Assembly (NCBI RefSeq): GCF_018350175.1
Contig: NC_058381.1
Location: 54,064,001 to 54,128,000 of the forward strand
Length of the DNA: 64,000 nt
From: Felis catus
Taxonomy: Eukaryota
Reading direction: 5' to 3'
The notes below the pieces were generated by a model that made no database searches, had not been told where the DNA came from, and was given only the letters and a program-made list of their open reading frames with translations. Each line of letters opens with the position of its first letter. The first letter of the stretch is position 1. Made by a program: the position numbers and the translations under genes. This document shows, in pieces, positions 1 to 12,800 of the stretch.

Positions 1-227
1 GACTGACAAACCACCCGCTGGAAGCAGAGAGGCGCAGGATGCTGGCACAGGACGCAGGCCTCCGACGAGGCCAAGGACCCCGACCGAGAAGACACGTTAT
101 TATTATTTTGTCCACCACCTCCTCGGGCGGTTGTGTTCAGCGCCCCCTCCCTCTCCACCCCTCACAGGCTCTCCGGCAGCCTGACTGTCTGCTACCTGCT
201 TTTTGTGTGATCTTGCCGGACCATCTA

Positions 228-325
228 ACCCGGGTCTCGGTTTCCTCATCTGTACAATGGGCTCAAACATTTATAATCTGCCAGCTTCACCGGGCGTTCA
301 GGAGGATAAAGGAGTTCTAAAGGGC
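228..325 (+). mobile_element. MIR relic
   Basis: tctcggtttcctcatctgtacaatggg...ggaggataaa. Confidence 0.6.
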
Positions 326-769
326 TCCGCTGAATACTGGAGACAAATTGAATTCTGTTGTAACACATGACCTCCACGGAGATCTAGAGATAATTTTAAG
401 CAGCGATTTCTGCGTCTTAGCCCGTCGGTCCTCTACTAATTGGCCAAATCAATACCGTAATTCGGGTTGGCCAAAGACCCACTTTGAGGGGGTCTTATGC
501 CGGCATTGGGAGTTGGTGGACTGGGGCGGGGGGTGTTGCCGGGAGAGGATGCAAACCGAAGCAGGGCCCGAAACGTCCTGAATCTGAGCTGGGCCTGCCC
601 CGAGGATGCTGGAGAGCATGCCTGTAATTCTGCATCGGCCGCACACCATTTCAGTGGGTCAGGTGCGAACGGCCAAGAGAGCAGGTGTATACTTGGTGAC
701 CTCTCCCCCCTACCACCCATGGGTCACTCCCACCCCCGAGCTGGCCCTTTGCCCCTCTGGAGCCCGTAC

Positions 770-885
770 CTTGTAACCCTGGATGTCTCCATTCTGGCTC
801 TCCAGTGGCGGTGGCTCCCATGTCACGTCCAGCTGCGTGGCCGTGGCGCCGTGGACAGCCACGTTGCGGGGCGCTGCCGTGGGCA
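770..885 (-). CDS. SDK2: SDK2 exon 36 (116 nt), FN3-11 first half
   Basis: tccag|TG...AAG|gtacgg; [39 protein letters not shown]. Confidence 0.95.
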
Positions 886-3800
886 CTGGAGGGCGTGAGA
901 GGTCGTGAGTGAGTGGCACAAGTGGGCTTCAGAGAGGAGGAGGAGGTGAGTCGGGGTGTTCTGGGGCCCCAGAATCCCGTATCTCCTCTAGCTGGACTCC
1001 TGGGGCTGGAAGGGCAGGTGGGGCTCACCTGCTTCCCCGACAAAGACTTCCTGGGGGGGGCTCGAGGGCCCCTCACCCACGGCATTGTACACACTCATCC
1101 GTATCTCATATCGCCGGTGTTTGTTCAGGTCTGCGGGGTGGGGGAGGGGAGAAACACGGAGAAGTCACCATCCCTGCGGGGGACAGCCTGGAGGCTGGAG
1201 GCTGTGAAGATGTACCTGTGATTCTAGTTCCTGCCTGAGGGTTCGGGAAGGAAAAGGCAAGGGGTGGGGTGGCCGGGGGACGCCGTGCCTCCCCCCCTGG
1301 GAGTCGGGACACAGGTCTATGGTTGGCTTCTCGGCCAACGGTGCACACACCAGATACTTTAGAGACTGAAAGAGACACTATTAATATTCATGCAGGGACA
1401 ACTGGTGTGAACCAAACTGTTCTCCCTGACACACTGGGCCACCCCCTTTCCTGCCTGTCTGTCCTGGGCACACTGGGTCACCCCTTCCCCCTCACGGCAG
1501 ATGCTTGAAGTTCCCAGCTGCCTAGTCCCCATCAAACAGCTCTTCACACAAGGGGCTCAGCCCTCAGGGAAGGGGCTTATCTATCGGATGTGAATTCTGG
1601 GCTAAGAAACACTGTGTTTTTGCTAAGTTTGGGGGTCCTGGGGGGAGATGCCTGGACGGAAGCTGGGAGACAGGGGCAGCTGTGGGAGAGTGGGCCCCGA
1701 CACCCAGGCTGGGATGTGCCACCCCTGCTGGGGGTGAGGCCACAAGTTTCTCGCACTGCTGTCCCTGGGCCCCCTGCTTCGGGTCGGTGGTGGTGGTGGG
1801 GGGAGTTCTGCCTCTTGCCTGGAATGTGGGTGTGGGGGGGTCACCCTAAGTTAACTGGCCATGAAGCCATTGGCTGATGAAGGAAGGGTAAGGACAACAT
1901 AGTCTCACGCTTTGCTTCACATGGAGCACGGGGCTCCCCTGCCCAAGCTCTGGGCCTTGGATGGGAGAACCGTGCACCTCAGAAGGAGAGCGAGAGGGGT
2001 TAGCTCGGTGGGTTGAACGTCCGACTTCGGCTCACCATTCGTTGAGTTTAAGCCTTGCGTCAGACTCTGTGCTGACGGCTCAGAGCCTGGAGCCTGCTTC
2101 GGATTCTCTGCACCCCCCCCCCCTCTCTGCCCCTTCCTCGCTCATGTGCTTCTGCGCGCTCTCTCTCTCTCTCTTAAAAATAAATAAACGCTAACAAAAT
2201 TTTTACTATACGTGCTGCTGAAGCGAGCACATTAAAAGTTTTTGAGAAGGAGAGTAAGGAACGTTCCCAGGTCCCCGGGGGGAAAGGGGGGGTTCTGCTC
2301 GGTCTGGAGGTGGGGGTCAGCCTGAAACACAGAGCTGTGCAGGGAAGTGCCGTCCACGGGCCGAGGCGGGTGGTAGTGACCCACCATCCAAGCAGCAGAC
2401 CGAGAGCTCCCCCCATGGACCTCCTGTCACCCCGCTGTCCCCCCACGGCACACAAGACCAGAGCTGTTCCCTCTGTCCTCCTGCACCCGATGGAGGACGC
2501 CTCCCTGGTAACCCTCTAGCTTTTGTGTGTTTCCGGAAAGTCACACGTGCTCGGGGGGCTCCTATTCTTCAAGGAGCCTGAGGCGGGCACACCATTCAGC
2601 CGGTGGTCAGGTGTCCTCCCCAGAGGCCCCGCTCCCCGTCCCTGTGGGAGGCGTGGGCCCCGTTCTGGAGCCGCCATGCAGGGAGACTTACTGTCCAGCT
2701 CGTACTGTGTGAGGCTGGGCCGGCTCAGGTTCCGCATGGAGTACATGGCTACGGGGTGGGAGGCGGAGGGGGCCAGAGGGAGACAGCAGACAGAGGAGGT
2801 TAGTACACACAGCCCGCTCCACAGAGAGCCCGATTAGAGGGGCGGGATGGGGAGGGGGCCAGGCAGCGCACGTGCACAGAGACCAGGGGTCTCTGGGTTC
2901 CTGACGGTGGGTTAGGGGCCCCAGACAGGTGTGAGAGAGGGTGTGCACGAGGCCAGGGGACACGGGACACCGCGAGCCCCTTGGAGCCCAGCACCCCTCG
3001 GGGCAGCTCTGGGGGACCCTGCGACCCAACTCGCTCCCTTGTCTAAGGCGGGACTGCAGAACCACCGTGAGAGAGCGGTGTTGTTAGTTTCCTCCTATGA
3101 ACCAGAAACCATTTTACGACCAGGAAATATGACTGTATCATCCACGGGCATATAAAAATCACAACCACAAGCACATGTCTGCAAAAACGTTAAGAAAACA
3201 GCGCCAGCCGTTGGATCAGCTACTTCCGAGTTTTTCTAATAATATTCCTTTGCTACACGTTCGATCATTTTGTTGTCTGCTAACACTCGCTAGAAGACAA
3301 GGCACAAAAGGTTTAAGAGAATAATGGGAGAACACCTCACATGCTCCATTCCTCACCCACCTGCCTGGGGACCCAAATCCCGCCCCCCCAACCCCCCACC
3401 CCCCAGACTCGTCTCTCTCCTGCCTGCTCCCCTGCCCCGCCGTGAGCCGGTCACAGAGCTGCCCGTGGCACATTATCTCCCATCCTTGCCCTCAATGCCA
3501 TCCCGAGCCGGCCGCCTCGGCCGCAGACTCCTGCCTTCCCTCTGTGATTACATTAGCCTTTAACCGGCACCCCTGCTTCTGGTCCTCCATGGCCAGCCAT
3601 CGCCCTCCTGCCACCAAAGTCACCTTCCTAACCCAAAGGGCAAGAGTTCCCAGGCTTGTGAGTCTCCCTGGGATTCACACCAGGCTCCTGGCCCTTTCCT
3701 TTCCCGCCGCCAGAGGCAGGCTGGATGCTGAGGACCCCAGGACAGAAGAGTGACCTCCCCGAGGAAACAGAGGGGGCCACACTGCTGCTTCTTGGGGTGA

Positions 3801-6800
3801 GCGCTGGTTCCCCTGGAATACGTGCTCCCAGGCTGTCTTGCCGACCATCTAAGACATTTATTGCCGAGTCTATTTCTTGAGCACCAGCTCTGCAAACTCG
3901 GAGAGGGCAGGGACCTCTGTCTTGTTCACTGATGGGTGCCCCCAGGGTCTGAGGGCATGCAGAAGGTGCTTAATAAATCCCCCGTGAGGAAAGGGACGAG
4001 GGTGGGGTGGGAGGAGAGGCACACACAGGAGAGGGCGGCAGGGTTTGGGTCACAGTTGAGTCCAGGAAGCTGCGAGCTTCAGGGCAGGGAGGGGAGTGTG
4101 CCCGCCCGTGTGTCCCCTGACCCCTGTGGATGCCACTCACAGGTAAGTTCCGCCCACTTGGCCCCTGGGTTGTTGATGCCCCGAAGTGTGAAGCCCCTCA
4201 GCCCCTCGTAGAGCAGCTCCCGGTACCGGATCCGGAAGCCCAGCAGGATGCCGTTGATCTTGTCCTCTGCTGGTGGCTGCAAGGAAAGGGGTGTGGAATG
4301 GGGGGGGTGGGGGCGAGGAACTCCACTCTGCTCCTCCCTCCCTCCCCATCCTGCCCCTTGTGACCACAGAGCAGAGACGGAGTCTCCACCAGGGAAAGGA
4401 TCACAAGGACACCGAGCATTTTTAATTTACAAAGCAATGAGGTGGTTTCATCTCTGCGATACTCCCTGTGACCCAGGCAGGGAAGGACTGGAGTCGCCAA
4501 GCCATTCCCATTCTCGGAGCAGGAAGGCGAGGCTCAGAGAGGGTAAGGAACTCGTCCAAGGTCACACAGCATCGTCGGGTTCTTTCACAGGCTGTTCCTT
4601 GCCTAGGGTCACCCTCACATAGCACCAGCCTGCCTAGCCGGGTGGCCCCTCCACGTGCCACCCAACCAGCGTTTCCTGGGAGTCGTCTCCCTGTTCTTGT
4701 ACGTGAATAAGCGTAAGAGCTCCCGCGTGCGCCCCTGCTCCTCCTTTTATCATTTTTCTCCTTTGCTTTCCGCTCCCATCCACAGCTGAGCTGGAGAACA
4801 GGCTCCAGGAGAAGGTGGAAGCTACTTTTTATGATACCTCTTTTTAAAAGCCTGCTGAAATGGTTCAGCTTTTTATTAGTTCCTTAATTGCCTCCCTGGT
4901 TGCTGCTGGCACCTCCCTGCCCCCTCCACCAGGAAGGCCCGGATCTCTGCCAGCCTTGTCCTGGCTTCCAGCTGCACAAGGTCATTTTTCACTTAAGGGA
5001 GCGTCCTCTTCCAGGGAGGCCTCGGGCTGGGGAGCGGTTGGGGCCCCTTCTGGTTTCTTCAAGGGGCTTCCCATGGCGGGGACTGCAGGTGGACAGAAGT
5101 TGGGGCCTGCCCCGTCGGATCCCCCAAAGCAGAGACGGGGGTTTGCTGCTTTGGGGCCTCTGTGGGTAAGCTGCCGAGTCTAGAGCCTGGACTCTGGAGC
5201 ATACGGGGGATCCTGCGGGCACATACGGCCAGCCTGGTCTCTAAGCTGTATCCTGTGGTCTTCCCCCGGCCATGGCAGGACAACAGTGCCCGCCAGAGAG
5301 CGGGAAACTGGGGGAGGAGTGGAGGAAGAGGGTTCTATGTACCTGGACAATGGGCTCCTGTTCACTGCGACAGGAGAGTGGTCCTGTCCGAGTTCAGGCT
5401 GGGCATGCACACCTGTGTTTGGCTTCTCGCTCGGGAACCCCTACACGGACAGTGACCGCATTTCACGGAGACTCTGGGGGCCCTGAAGCCCCATGCACTT
5501 TTCTATCCCAGGACTGGCAGACCTAAGGGCACTAAACCTGACCCTGCCACTGACTAGCTGTGTGACCGGGGGCCATTGGTGTCGCTTCCCTGAGAACTGG
5601 GTCCTCATCTGCAGAAGGGGATTGAAGGAGCATCCACCCGAGACGATTATCTGGAGAGGTGGGATGAGCGACACATCTGTGCACCTGTGTATGGTGTCCC
5701 GGCCCTGCTGGGGACTGTTGCCCTTCTGGCCCCTCCCTGCCTGCTGGGCCATACCTGCCATCGGATCAGCACGGAGGTGGTGGTGTGGGGTGTCACCGAG
5801 ACAATGGTGGGAGCCTCATCGGGGGCTGGGGAGAGAGACAGACAAGTGAGCTCTGGGGGCTGGAGGTTTAGGTCCCCCGGGAGGCCACAGGGACCAGATT
5901 CTTCTGCGCGTGTGGAGGGAGAGGGGCTGGAGCCCTGACCCCAGTCTGAACCCAAGAGGCCAGAGGCCCCTCCTCTTTGTCCCTGGAGCCACAGGCTCCT
6001 TACACGGCTGTCACTGAGGCTGTCACTGGGTTTCCGGGGTCGGCCATGAGCTTGGGGACATCCGAGAAGGAAAACGTTAGGATGCCTGTTGGCATGGGTG
6101 CCTGAGCCCGTGGCAAAGGTCCCTCTGGCTCAAACCTCCCTGGGACTCTGTCCAGGGAGCCAGACAAAGGGCCTCCCATCTTGGAGGCCCCTCCCCTCGG
6201 AAGGGAACACCAGTGCCCAGGAAGGGCCAGTGTGCCAAGGGAAAGAGATCCGAGTGGGGGACACTGACCGGCCTGCAGAGTGGTCAGCGGCTCCGACTCC
6301 TCGCTGAACTCGCTGTCCCCAATGTCATTGGTCGCCTTCACTCGGAACTTGTAGGATGTGAAGGGCTTGAGTCTATGGGGGCAATCAGGTTCAGTGAACA
6401 GAGGTATCCCCTAATGCCTCACCCCACCACCCCTGCATGGGGAAAGGGGGCCAGAGGGTGCTGATCCGTTACACAGACGGGAACGTCGAGGCTCCAAGAG
6501 AAGGTCTGCTACAGCAGACGAGCAGGGCCCAGGGGTTCCGATCCCAGCCTGGGTGTGGTCTTACCGGCAGCCCCGCTTCTAAGTCATAGGTCCCTGGGGG
6601 GCTCTGTCCTCACATCGCCTACCTCATAGGCATCAAGCCGCCATGAGAGCACTGATAACTCTCCCTCCCAGCAAACTCCTCCCGTGAGAAATGCCATCTC
6701 TTTCTAGCATTTAGTAAATTTAGGAAGGGTCAGGGGTCTCAAGAGTTAATCAGCGCTTCGTCTCAATAAGCCCCGTTCCTCTTCCAGGCAAACGTCTTCC

Positions 6801-9800
6801 TTTTTGATTTACTGGGGGTGGGGAGGGAGGAGGAAAGTCTTGCTCAAAACTCTTGGTCACGTCAACCGGAATATAAAAAATACGACCCGCTGGGAATTAA
6901 ACTGAAGCCGGAAGTTCGGAGCAAGCTCCACTCCCCTATTACAGACGGAGAGGGAAATGCGGTCTGGCGGGTAGGAGTCGCTAATGAAGGCTGGCAAGCG
7001 CCTGGCTAAGGGGGCTTCCAGGCTCCAGAAATAGATAATTAAGAGGCAGCCCTAACAGGGCTCCAGAGAGCAGGGAGGGAGGTTAGGACGGAGCTGGAGG
7101 CGGGATCCTGGGAGGTGCAGGCTGTGGGAGACATCTGGGGGTGGGCAGGCTCCAGGCGTGCTCAGGACCCCCTCCCCCCTGCCCCCCCCCCGCCCAGGAA
7201 CCATCCCGGGGCTGTCTGGGCGGGAAGGGCTGGAGCAGAGACGCTGGAGGACCCGGGCCTCACCTGTCCACCACGAAAGCAGAGGCGTTGTGGCTCACGG
7301 AGGCTGAGTGCAACGCCCACCTGCCACTGGGCAGCTCGCGGGTCTGGACAGTGTAATAGCGCACAGGGGACAGCCCGTCGCTTCCCGGCTCCCAGGACAG
7401 CAGCACGCTGCGGGCCTTCACGTCCTCCTGCTGTACCACCGGCTTACTGGGGGGCTGTGGGCGGTCTGGGAGTCGGCGGAGGAGGGTAGGAGCAGGTGAG
7501 TCAGCAGGAGGGGGTGGGGGGTGAGCTCTCCCAGGGAAGGGAAGGAGGTGCTCTGGGCTCAGGCCTGATGGCCACTGCTCTACCCCTCTCCATATGCACA
7601 CAGGTCCCAACAGCCGGCACCCTGGCTCCTGGCCCATGACCTGTCCTCAGGCCGCGAGAGGCCTGGGTGCCTGGGAATTCACATCCCCGAGGGCAGCCTG
7701 GTAAGCGAGGAGGTGCGAACACCCAGCTCCTGTGCTCCCCGCCCGCCCAGAGCTGAGATGGGGCCTGCGCTGGCCCCGGTTGATGGGACCGAGCTGCCTG
7801 GGTGGGGCTCTGCTGTCGGCCCTGCCCCAGCTCGGCTTTCTTCTCACTGCCCAGGCCCTCCTGCAGCAGTCCTCAGCCTCAGCACTCTGGCATTTGAGGC
7901 CGATGGTTCTGGGGCCTGGAGCCGTCCCATGGACTGTAGATGCCAGTCACAGCTCCCTGTTAGGTGTGACAGTGTCTCCAGACATTGCCAACGTTCCCAG
8001 GGGGGCAAAGCAGTCCCCTGTTGAGACCCACTGTCCTACTGGTTTTTTCTGGGGACACGGTCTAATGAACCACTTTCACAGGAATCTGGGTCCCAGCCTG
8101 CTTCAGGGAAACCCGACCTCAGGCGAGGCACCAGCTCAGGGCCGCAGGCCGATGAGCCCCTCCTCCCCCCAACTGGACACCATCTTTGTTGCGGGGAGGG
8201 GAGAGGGGAAGGAAGCTGGTCTCACCAACCCTCCCTCTGCTGAGGCAGAGCATGAGCCTTGGAAGGGGAACTCCCAGCTCAGCTTCTAGAAGTCCCCTAG
8301 AGCCCTCGCTGACCCGGACATCAGAGATTTGAGCCCACTTTCCACTCCAGGTGAGGGCAATGTGGCTCTTAACTAGCTGATCCCCAGCCGCCCGCTAGGA
8401 CAGGATGGGAACGCCTGGGTTGGCTGGGACCCCCCCTTGGCTGCCCCCAGGCCGCCCGAGCCCCAGTGGGCAGTCACCTCTCTTCTCAGTGGTCACCACC
8501 AAGGCCTCGGCGGCCTCCCCCCAGCCCTTGCGGGTCTGGGCAGTGATGCGGAACAGGTAGACGGACTCTGGCTTGAGGCCGGTGGCCGTGTACTGGCGGG
8601 CGCTGGGCGCGAGCACCTCCACTGTGGCCGTGTTGGCCGTGGTGGCGTTGAGCCGGTGTGTCACCTGGTAAGCTGCAGGAAGAAAGGACATGGGCTGTGT
8701 TGGGAAGCAGGGCAGCCGTCCCCCAGTGCCCCGAGACGCGATTGTTCCTTCCTGGCCACCACGATGTCTGCACCTGGGCTACCTTGGCTGTGGTTCGTCT
8801 GCGTGAAGCCCTCTCGGTCACTCTTGTGTCCTCAGCTCCCACTTGGGGAGTGTGACTGTGGGGGACACTCTATACGGAGAGTCTGACCCCCATAACAGCT
8901 TCAGGTGAGGAAACTGATGCTTGGAGAGGGCCAGACCACCTGCTAGGAAGTGACTGAGGGGAGTTCAGGCTCATGGCTCTCCGGGCACGTGCCCTTCCTG
9001 GTCTCCACTGCCTTCTGAGACGCAGCATTCCTCTGGGACAGGCACCGCGGGACGCCAGGCCTGAGAGCCCCGGAAGCGGCCCGGGTCGTGCAATCCATCA
9101 TCCTATAGGTGCAGGGGCTGAGGCTGTGGAGGGATCCGGCTTGCTCGAGTTCACGCAGCTGCTGACTTCAACCCTGTGAGTCTTCCCCCGCCGAGGGGCT
9201 GCGCGTGTGTGTTAGGGGAGGAATCTTGACTGCGAAATGGTGCTACAGATCTGTAGTCTCCCTCCTCTGGGCCTTAGGTCGGAAATGGCTGTGCTGAGCT
9301 GGCCAGTGCTCCCTCACCTGGCCACACTTACAAATAGCAGCTGAGGTTTACCAGATGGCTGGCGTCGTGGGGTATTTGGGGGCATTTGGGGGGCATAAAG
9401 CTAATGAATGGTATTTAAGGAACCTGAACCTTGACCATGCCCGCCAAATGATATTTCTTTTTTTTTTTCAAAAATTTTTAATGTTTATTTATTAAAAATT
9501 TTTAAATGTTTTTATCTATGTTTGAAAGAGAAAGAGAGAGACAGAGACAGAGAGACAGAGTGTGAACAGGAGACGGTCAAAGAGAGAGGGAAACATAGAA
9601 TCTGAAGCACACTCCAGGCTCTGAGCTGTCAGCACAGAGCCCGACGTGGGGCTCAAACCCACGAACCGTGAGATCATGACCTGAACTTAGGGTTAGTCAG
9701 ACGCTTAACCAACTGAGCCACCCAGGCACCCCTTAACGTTTATTTTTGAGAGACAGAGAGAGATGGAGTACGAATGGGGGGGAGCAGAGAGAGAGAGGGG

Positions 9801-12800
9801 GAGACACAGAATCTGAAGCAGGCTCCAGGCTCTGAGCTGTCAGCACAGAGCCCAACGTGGGGCTCGAACTCACGGACTGTGAGATCATGACCGGAGCCAA
9901 AGTTGGATGCTTAACCGACTGAGCCACCCAGGCGCCCCAAAATATTTCTAATGGGAGAAATAAAACTCAAAATCCTTCTTGAGGAGACGTGGACACTTCC
10001 TGGGCCACTCTTTCTTTGGCCTCCTTTACACCTTCTGCCTCCTCCTTCGACCTGTAGCTGGGACACGGGAGAGGGTATGGGCTTACCAAGAATGATGCCA
10101 TTGGGGGCAGCAGGGGGCTGCCAGATCAGCCGCACGGATGTGGTCCTCACCTCTGGGAACAGGATGCCCATGGGCGGTCCAGGGACTGCAGGGCACAAAG
10201 GAGAAGCAGGTGACGGTGTAGCCGTCCAGCTCCAGTGGAACAGGTGGGCGGGGCCGCGGAAGAAGGGGACACTCAGCCCAATGAGCTTTTTGTGGAGTAT
10301 GTGGCTCGGAGTTCCGTGAAGGGACACAAAGATGCTACCGGTGAGGTTTCTACCCTGAAAACAGGCCTTATTTGGCAGAACTGGAAGGGACCAGGCTCCA
10401 GCTTCCTTTTTAGCTGTGTCCGGGTACGTGTGCACATATATGGACACACAGGATTGCCCTCAAAACAGGGTCAGGGGGCCTGGTCCTGGGTCTGTGCTTC
10501 AGAAGATGCCACTCTGACTTCCGTCCACCCACGGGGAGGCGGCCGTGGGGCCCACCCTGAGCCTGAGCCCTCCTTTTCCAGGGTCCACACGGGCCTGTTC
10601 CCCAGGTCCGCCCTCCAGACTTGCACCTCTGGACTGAGAGGTGGCCAGGGGGCAGCTGTGTGGGGCTCGTGGATGGAGACTGAATGCCATGTGGCAGGGG
10701 AGAGAACGGGAAGGGGGCAGGGCAGGGGGAGGATGGTCGCGGACAGGCAACTCTTCTCGCGCTGCCTCATTCCCACAGAGAATTCCAGAAAGTCTCAGAT
10801 TTCTAAACTTGAACTTGGCCTTCCAGGTCAAGCCAGGAGGATAAGACACACTGAATTTAACAGACCATTAGGTTGATTTATAACTTTGGGCTGTGTGGAC
10901 ATATGGTGCTGAGGCTTCCTTTTGGACTCTTGTCTGGACCCCAGCAATATTTGCGGTGGGCGGTGAGAGTCTGTGTGGGGCAGAGGGGAGGGAGTGAAGG
11001 ACCCGTAGGTCAGCCTTTGATGGAAAGTTCTACTGCAGGGACCAATGCCTGGGGCCCCGGTGGCATCGGTCTTTTGCAAACAGGACCAGGAGTCTTGTGC
11101 CCAGGAAATCAAGCCTATCCCTTGCACAGATCTGTACTCAAAGTGAACCCGCCCCAGGTCAAACACTAATCAAAACGGGCAAAGTCTCTATTCTGCTCAA
11201 GAGACTGAATCAGATCCAAACTGTCCTCGCATCACTTCTTCCTCAGGGATGCACGGTCTGGAATTAGCACCCCCTCGCGGTGAGGTTGGTGGCCCTCAGT
11301 GACCCGCCTCCCACAGGAGAAGCCATGGTTCCCTTTGGGGCCACGTGTGACTCCCCGAGAGGCGGGGCTGGGCAGGCAGGAGGAAGGGGAGCGCCCAGCC
11401 TCTCCCGGCTTGCAGGGATTGAGACTCACCGTCATCCAGCGTCCGCTCCAGGATGGGAGGGTGGCTGGGGCTGCCGTCCCCGATGCGTGTGAAGGCCAGC
11501 ACCTGGACCTCGTACAGCACGTATTTGCCCAGCCCTGTGAGCTGGGCGCTGCGAGACGAGTTCCCTTCCACCAGCCAGAAGCGGGGCTGGGAGTCCGAGT
11601 CCTTCTCCTTATACATCACCTGCCAGAGCACAGGGCAGGGGCTGAGGGCCTTGCGCCTGGGTCCTGCCCACCAGCACCTTCCCCAGGCCTCATCCCCAGG
11701 AGTGAGGCAGGTGGGAGTAGGGCTGGGGGCCTTGCGTTCCTTGGAATGGCTCGGCCCGGGAGGGTCATGGGATACGGTGAAGCTTGGGTTCTGGGAGAGC
11801 GGAGGACACAGAGATGCACTCGGCCATGGAGGTGGAAGAGTCTTTAGAGAACATTCAGGTTGGAAAACAGGCCCAGAGAGGGGCGTGACTGGGCTCCGGG
11901 TCACATAGCCAGCAGTGGCAGAGTGGGAACGTCAAGCCACGTCTCCCAACTTGTGGGCCAGGGCTGAACTGAAGTCTGCAGCTTTGGGAGCAGTTATAGA
12001 AGATAATGGGAACTGGGCCCAAGGGGCTGAGTGCGCCTGGGGCAGCCAGCGTGGCCTCTCGGGGACTCTGGGGGAGGGAGGGAGGGAGCTTCCCAAAGGA
12101 CCTGGGCCTCCCTGGAAGCCTCCCAGTCCTGAGGGAGGAGTCCTTGGTTGCCATGCTGACCGGAGCACAGCCTCCGGGATCCCCCATGTATCCACTGCAG
12201 AAGGCAGAGACCTGGGCCCCAGGGGTCATGAGGACAGGGCACCCTGGACGGGGCATCCTGGGATCCAGGACTCACCTTGTAACCTAGCACGAGCCCATTG
12301 CGGTCGGCCTCGGGGATCTCATTCCAGCGCACCAGCATGCTGCTGGAGGTGGTGGCCAGTGCAGACACATTGGTGGGACCAGAGGATGGGACTGAGGGAG
12401 AGAAAGGGACCAGACAGGAGCTCACGACACAGTCGGCCCTACACGGGAAGGAAGTGTGGCAGGCAGCGCCCGAGTAGCCAATTATCCTGCAGTGATCCCT
12501 GTTGGTTCTGGAACATCACGGATGTTGCTTCTGGTTTCTCATTAGTCTCCCCAACGTTAGCTCAGGCCAGCGTGAGGATGAGACCCCACTTCCAGCCTGT
12601 GCAGCAGTGAAGCGTGAGGAGGGACCGGATGGGGAGGGATGTCCTTTAAAAGGTGTCAACAATCGCCCCCCCCGCCCCAAGGGGCGAACCACATGTGGAT
12701 GAATGAGGGCTGCCTGAAGGCTGGGGGTTCATAATCTGTGGGTGACCCCTTGTCTGTTTCTGGAATGTTCTGTGAGCTAATCCGACCTCCCCATCTCAGG

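Noticed and set aside
9244-9257. 14-bp palindrome ctacagatctgtag
   Set aside because: Isolated, with no motif or structural context.
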